A DNA stretch of 63,842 bases, the filler included, from Octopus bimaculoides (taxonomy: Eukaryota): NCBI RefSeq assembly GCF_001194135.2. It is 4 parts of 4 records of this genome, joined end to end, with 100 filler letters (N's around TTAATTAATTAA, not from the genome) between each part and the next. Parts side by side here need not be neighbours in the genome. Positions count along the whole stretch, not along the records: positions 62,589 to 63,842 come from NC_068983.1; 3 more parts are not named here. The stretch is one strand, 5' to 3'. The position numbers and the translations under genes are program-made. Shown piece after piece: positions 62,700 to 63,842 of this stretch. The first letter of the stretch is position 1; each line of letters starts with the position of its first letter. The notes under the pieces are model-generated. The model was given only the letters and a program-made list of their open reading frames with translations, searched no databases and had not been told where the DNA came from.

Positions 62700-63842
62700 C
62701 AAAGACCTGCTCAGACGTTTCTAACTGTCTGACAGGTACTGACTGGACCACCCGAATGTGCCAATGTGAACATGGAGTAACCGCATCAGGTCGTCCAGAT
62801 CGTACTTAGATAGGGTATTCTGTAGGACAGTGGATAAGGATAGAGTAGGTTGTCCACAATTCCACATAGTCAGCAATACAGACCACAAATTTGTCACTTG
62901 TACGCTTGACTTAGATAAGACACATAGACAGGGTCCCGGTTACTGGAAGCTGAATGCGTCGTTCACGGCACAACAGGCTTACAGGGACCGGANNNNNNNN
63001 NNACATAGACAGGGTCCCGGTTACTGGAAGCTGAATGCGTCGTTCACGGCACAACAGGCTTACAGGGACCGGATTAGCACTTTAGTTAAGAGAGCATTAA
63101 CGGGTGCCATCATCAACCACAGATGGTGGTATGCCCTCAAAAAAGCAATCAAGTCAGAATCGTTTAGATACAGTAAGGCCCTAGCGTTAGACCGAAATAG
63201 AATAGAGGGAGACCTAGTTAAGAAATTAGTAGAGGCACTTAGTACTGGTATCGCGTCCAACGTAGTGGCGGCGAGGTTGGCCCTCAACCAACACTTCAAC
63301 GCCAAACACGAAGGATGCGTTGTCAGAGCTAGGATGCGTGCTCTGAAGGACGAGGGAGTTGGAGCGGCCCGAGAGGCCCGAGTAGCGGAGGCGCAACGAG
63401 GCAACAGAGCCACTATTAGGTCTCTGACAGATGAAGAAGGGCGCGAATTACTCGAGCCTGAAAGGATGTGCGAGGCCTTTCAACAGCCTTTTGCCCGACT
63501 GTTCGGGACAACTGGTGGGTCAGAAGGCAGAGTAGACTTTAGTGCCTACCTGTATGGCCTGCCACGACTCTCAGCAAGAGAGGCAGAGTGTTGTGAAAGA
63601 CCCATCACAGCCGCGGACGTACGGGATGCGATGGCAGGCTGCAAGGGAGACAAGTCGCCAGGCTTGGATGGTCTGCCCTACGAACTTTATTGTCATATGC
63701 CAGATTTGTTTGGAGGCGTCTTGGCAGCTGTCTACTGCAACTGGCAACAAAACGGGAGCATCCCCGTCTTTGTAAAGCGAGGAGCAGTGGCACTACTAAA
63801 GAAAGACCCAAACAAGGGGAACGTCATAGATAATTTTCGGCC
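62700..63842 (+). mobile_element. Tx1/L1-clade LINE ORF2 (end of APE endonuclease and start of RT), 5'-truncated, runs off the window
   Basis: TWSN...SYLDRVF...TDHKFV...GPGYWKLNAS, then an open frame of about 280 codons from 63004 to the window end, including KSPGLDGLPYELY...LLKK...NFR. One stop at 62767-62769. CpG-rich. Confidence 0.9.

Noticed and set aside
62922-63073. 71-bp exact direct repeat on both sides of a 10-N gap
   Set aside because: Unmerged contig overlap. Collapsing it restores a continuous LINE reading frame.

Overview
AT-rich, microsatellite-laden eukaryotic nuclear DNA with many N gaps. It is most likely an octopus/cephalopod draft scaffold, inferred from the repeat landscape and the rrnL-trnL1-trnL2-nad1 and nad6-cob order of embedded mitochondrial fragments. 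The only host gene I can support is a spliced, + strand, divergent Cdc20/Fizzy-family APC/C activator. Seven GT-AG exons (31613-53057) join in phase into about 350 aa with RILDAP, a WD40 propeller and a C-terminal IR tail. Its 5' exons (C-box, KEN, Mad2-binding KILR motif) are not visible. The introns hold two decayed mitochondrial insertions (NUMTs), several mariner copies, MITEs, an RTE LINE split by a mariner, and Penelope-like elements. The rest of the window is SINEs, an R4/Dong-like LINE end in (TAA)n, a decayed hAT transposase, Penelope-like fragments and a young Tx1/L1-like LINE. The most unusual signals are minimal hammerhead-ribozyme motifs in inverted repeats (36.7-37.4 kb and a 168-bp palindrome at 60.1-60.3 kb), a CpG-depleted domain matching the Cdc20 gene body, and substitutions in the Cdc20 degron-binding surface. 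I found no prokaryote-type system. Most ORFs in the supplied track are artefacts of simple repeats or gaps. All calls come from manual reading and translation, with no searches run.
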